Positions 63,063 to 64,000 of a DNA stretch of 64,000 bases are shown here, in pieces. The notes below the pieces were generated by a model that was given only the letters and a program-made list of their open reading frames with translations, searched no databases and was not told the DNA's origin. Both the position numbers and the translations under genes were made by a program. The first letter of the stretch is position 1. Every line of letters begins with the position of its first letter. Source of the stretch: Octopus sinensis (lineage: Eukaryota); the NCBI RefSeq assembly GCF_006345805.1, contig NC_043016.1, positions 20,212,001 to 20,276,000 of the forward strand, written 5' to 3'.

Positions 63063-64000
63063 ACATGTGGGTAAATGGAAATGCGTATGGACAGGTAGAT
63101 ATGCAGATAAATAGGTACATAGGTAATATGGACAGATGGACACAAACACACATACATACAAATGAAGACTGAAACACATGACCATATACACACTTCACAC
63201 AAGGACACATATGAAGACACATCCATACATAATAGACACACATACATAGTCACACAGACACACGCAAACATGCACACAGGAGACAGAGGTACACACAGAA
63301 ATGCACACACACATGCGCACATGCATACATATATATATATGCATACACACACACATACATGCATGCACACAAACATGGAGAGTACATACATACAAACGTG
63401 TGGATGGAAGCACTCCGTCGGTTACGACGACGAGGGTTCCGGTTGATCCGATCAACGGAACAGCCTGCTCGTGAAATTAACGTGTAAGTGGCTGAGCACT
63501 CCACAGACACGTGTACCCTTAACGTAGTTCTCAGGGATATTCAGCATGACACAGAGAGTGACAAGGCCGGCCCTTTGAAATACAAGTACAACAGAAACAG
63601 GAAGTAAGAGTGAGAGAAAGTTGTGGTGAAAGAGTACAGCAGGGATCACCACCATCCCTGCCAGAGCCTCGTGGAGCTTTAGGTGTTTTCACTCAATAAA
63701 CACTCACAACGCCCGGTCTGGGAATCGAAACCGCGATCCTACGACCGCGAGTCCGCTGCCCTAACCACTGGGCCATTGCGCCTCCACAAACGTGTACACA
63801 AACGTGTACACATGCATACAATATATATGCATACATACATGTGTATGTGCATGCACACTGATGCACACACTTGCATACAAAAAAAAAGAACACAATTCCG
63901 ATAACAGAGTCAATGACTATTGAAAAGGTTGATAGTCACAGTGAAAGTTTTAGTAAAAATAAATAAGTAAATGAGTGGAAATTGGTGAGTGTGTTAAATA
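60880..64000 (+). mobile_element. Penelope-like element (RT and GIY-YIG, 61530-62950) between long inverted arms
   Basis: VDDINI; ANSIHQGIKITIDY..RLPVLD..YYTKPIAS; VIYIGETSRTIAGRLNEH. 60880-61526 is the reverse complement of 62995-64000 once the SINE insert is excluded. Confidence 0.85.
63403..63785 (-). mobile_element. Family-D tRNA-derived SINE with 10-bp TSD
   Basis: Head ggaggcgcaatggcccagtggttagggcagcggactc..ggtttcgattcccagacc; TSD acaaacgtgt. Confidence 0.9.

Overview
AT-rich, microsatellite-dense eukaryotic DNA made almost entirely of nested, mostly decayed transposable elements. The SINE, RTE and Penelope families look like those of an octopus genome; this is recognised from memory and not verified. 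No host protein-coding gene, rRNA, tRNA gene or CRISPR array can be supported, and most short ORFs in the supplied track are microsatellite or antisense artefacts. Recognisable content: RTE, RTEX-like, CR1, R4/Dong-like and L1/Tx1-like LINE fragments; about seven Penelope-like element (PLE) remnants; several tRNA-type SINE families (called A, B, D and E here); Helitron pieces; Tc1, mariner, maT, Tigger, hAT and piggyBac-type DNA transposon remnants and MITEs; and a possible solo LTR. The most interesting signals are: three complete type I hammerhead ribozyme cores inside PLE remnants with inverted ends (21458-21584 +, 51423-51483 -, 52683-52743 +); two near-perfect DNA palindromes; a multimerised two-hairpin module in RTE 3' UTRs; a PHD finger inside the RTE reverse transcriptase; and a 101-bp templated inverted insertion with microhomology junctions. 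Coordinates of decayed elements are approximate unless a TSD or terminus is quoted.
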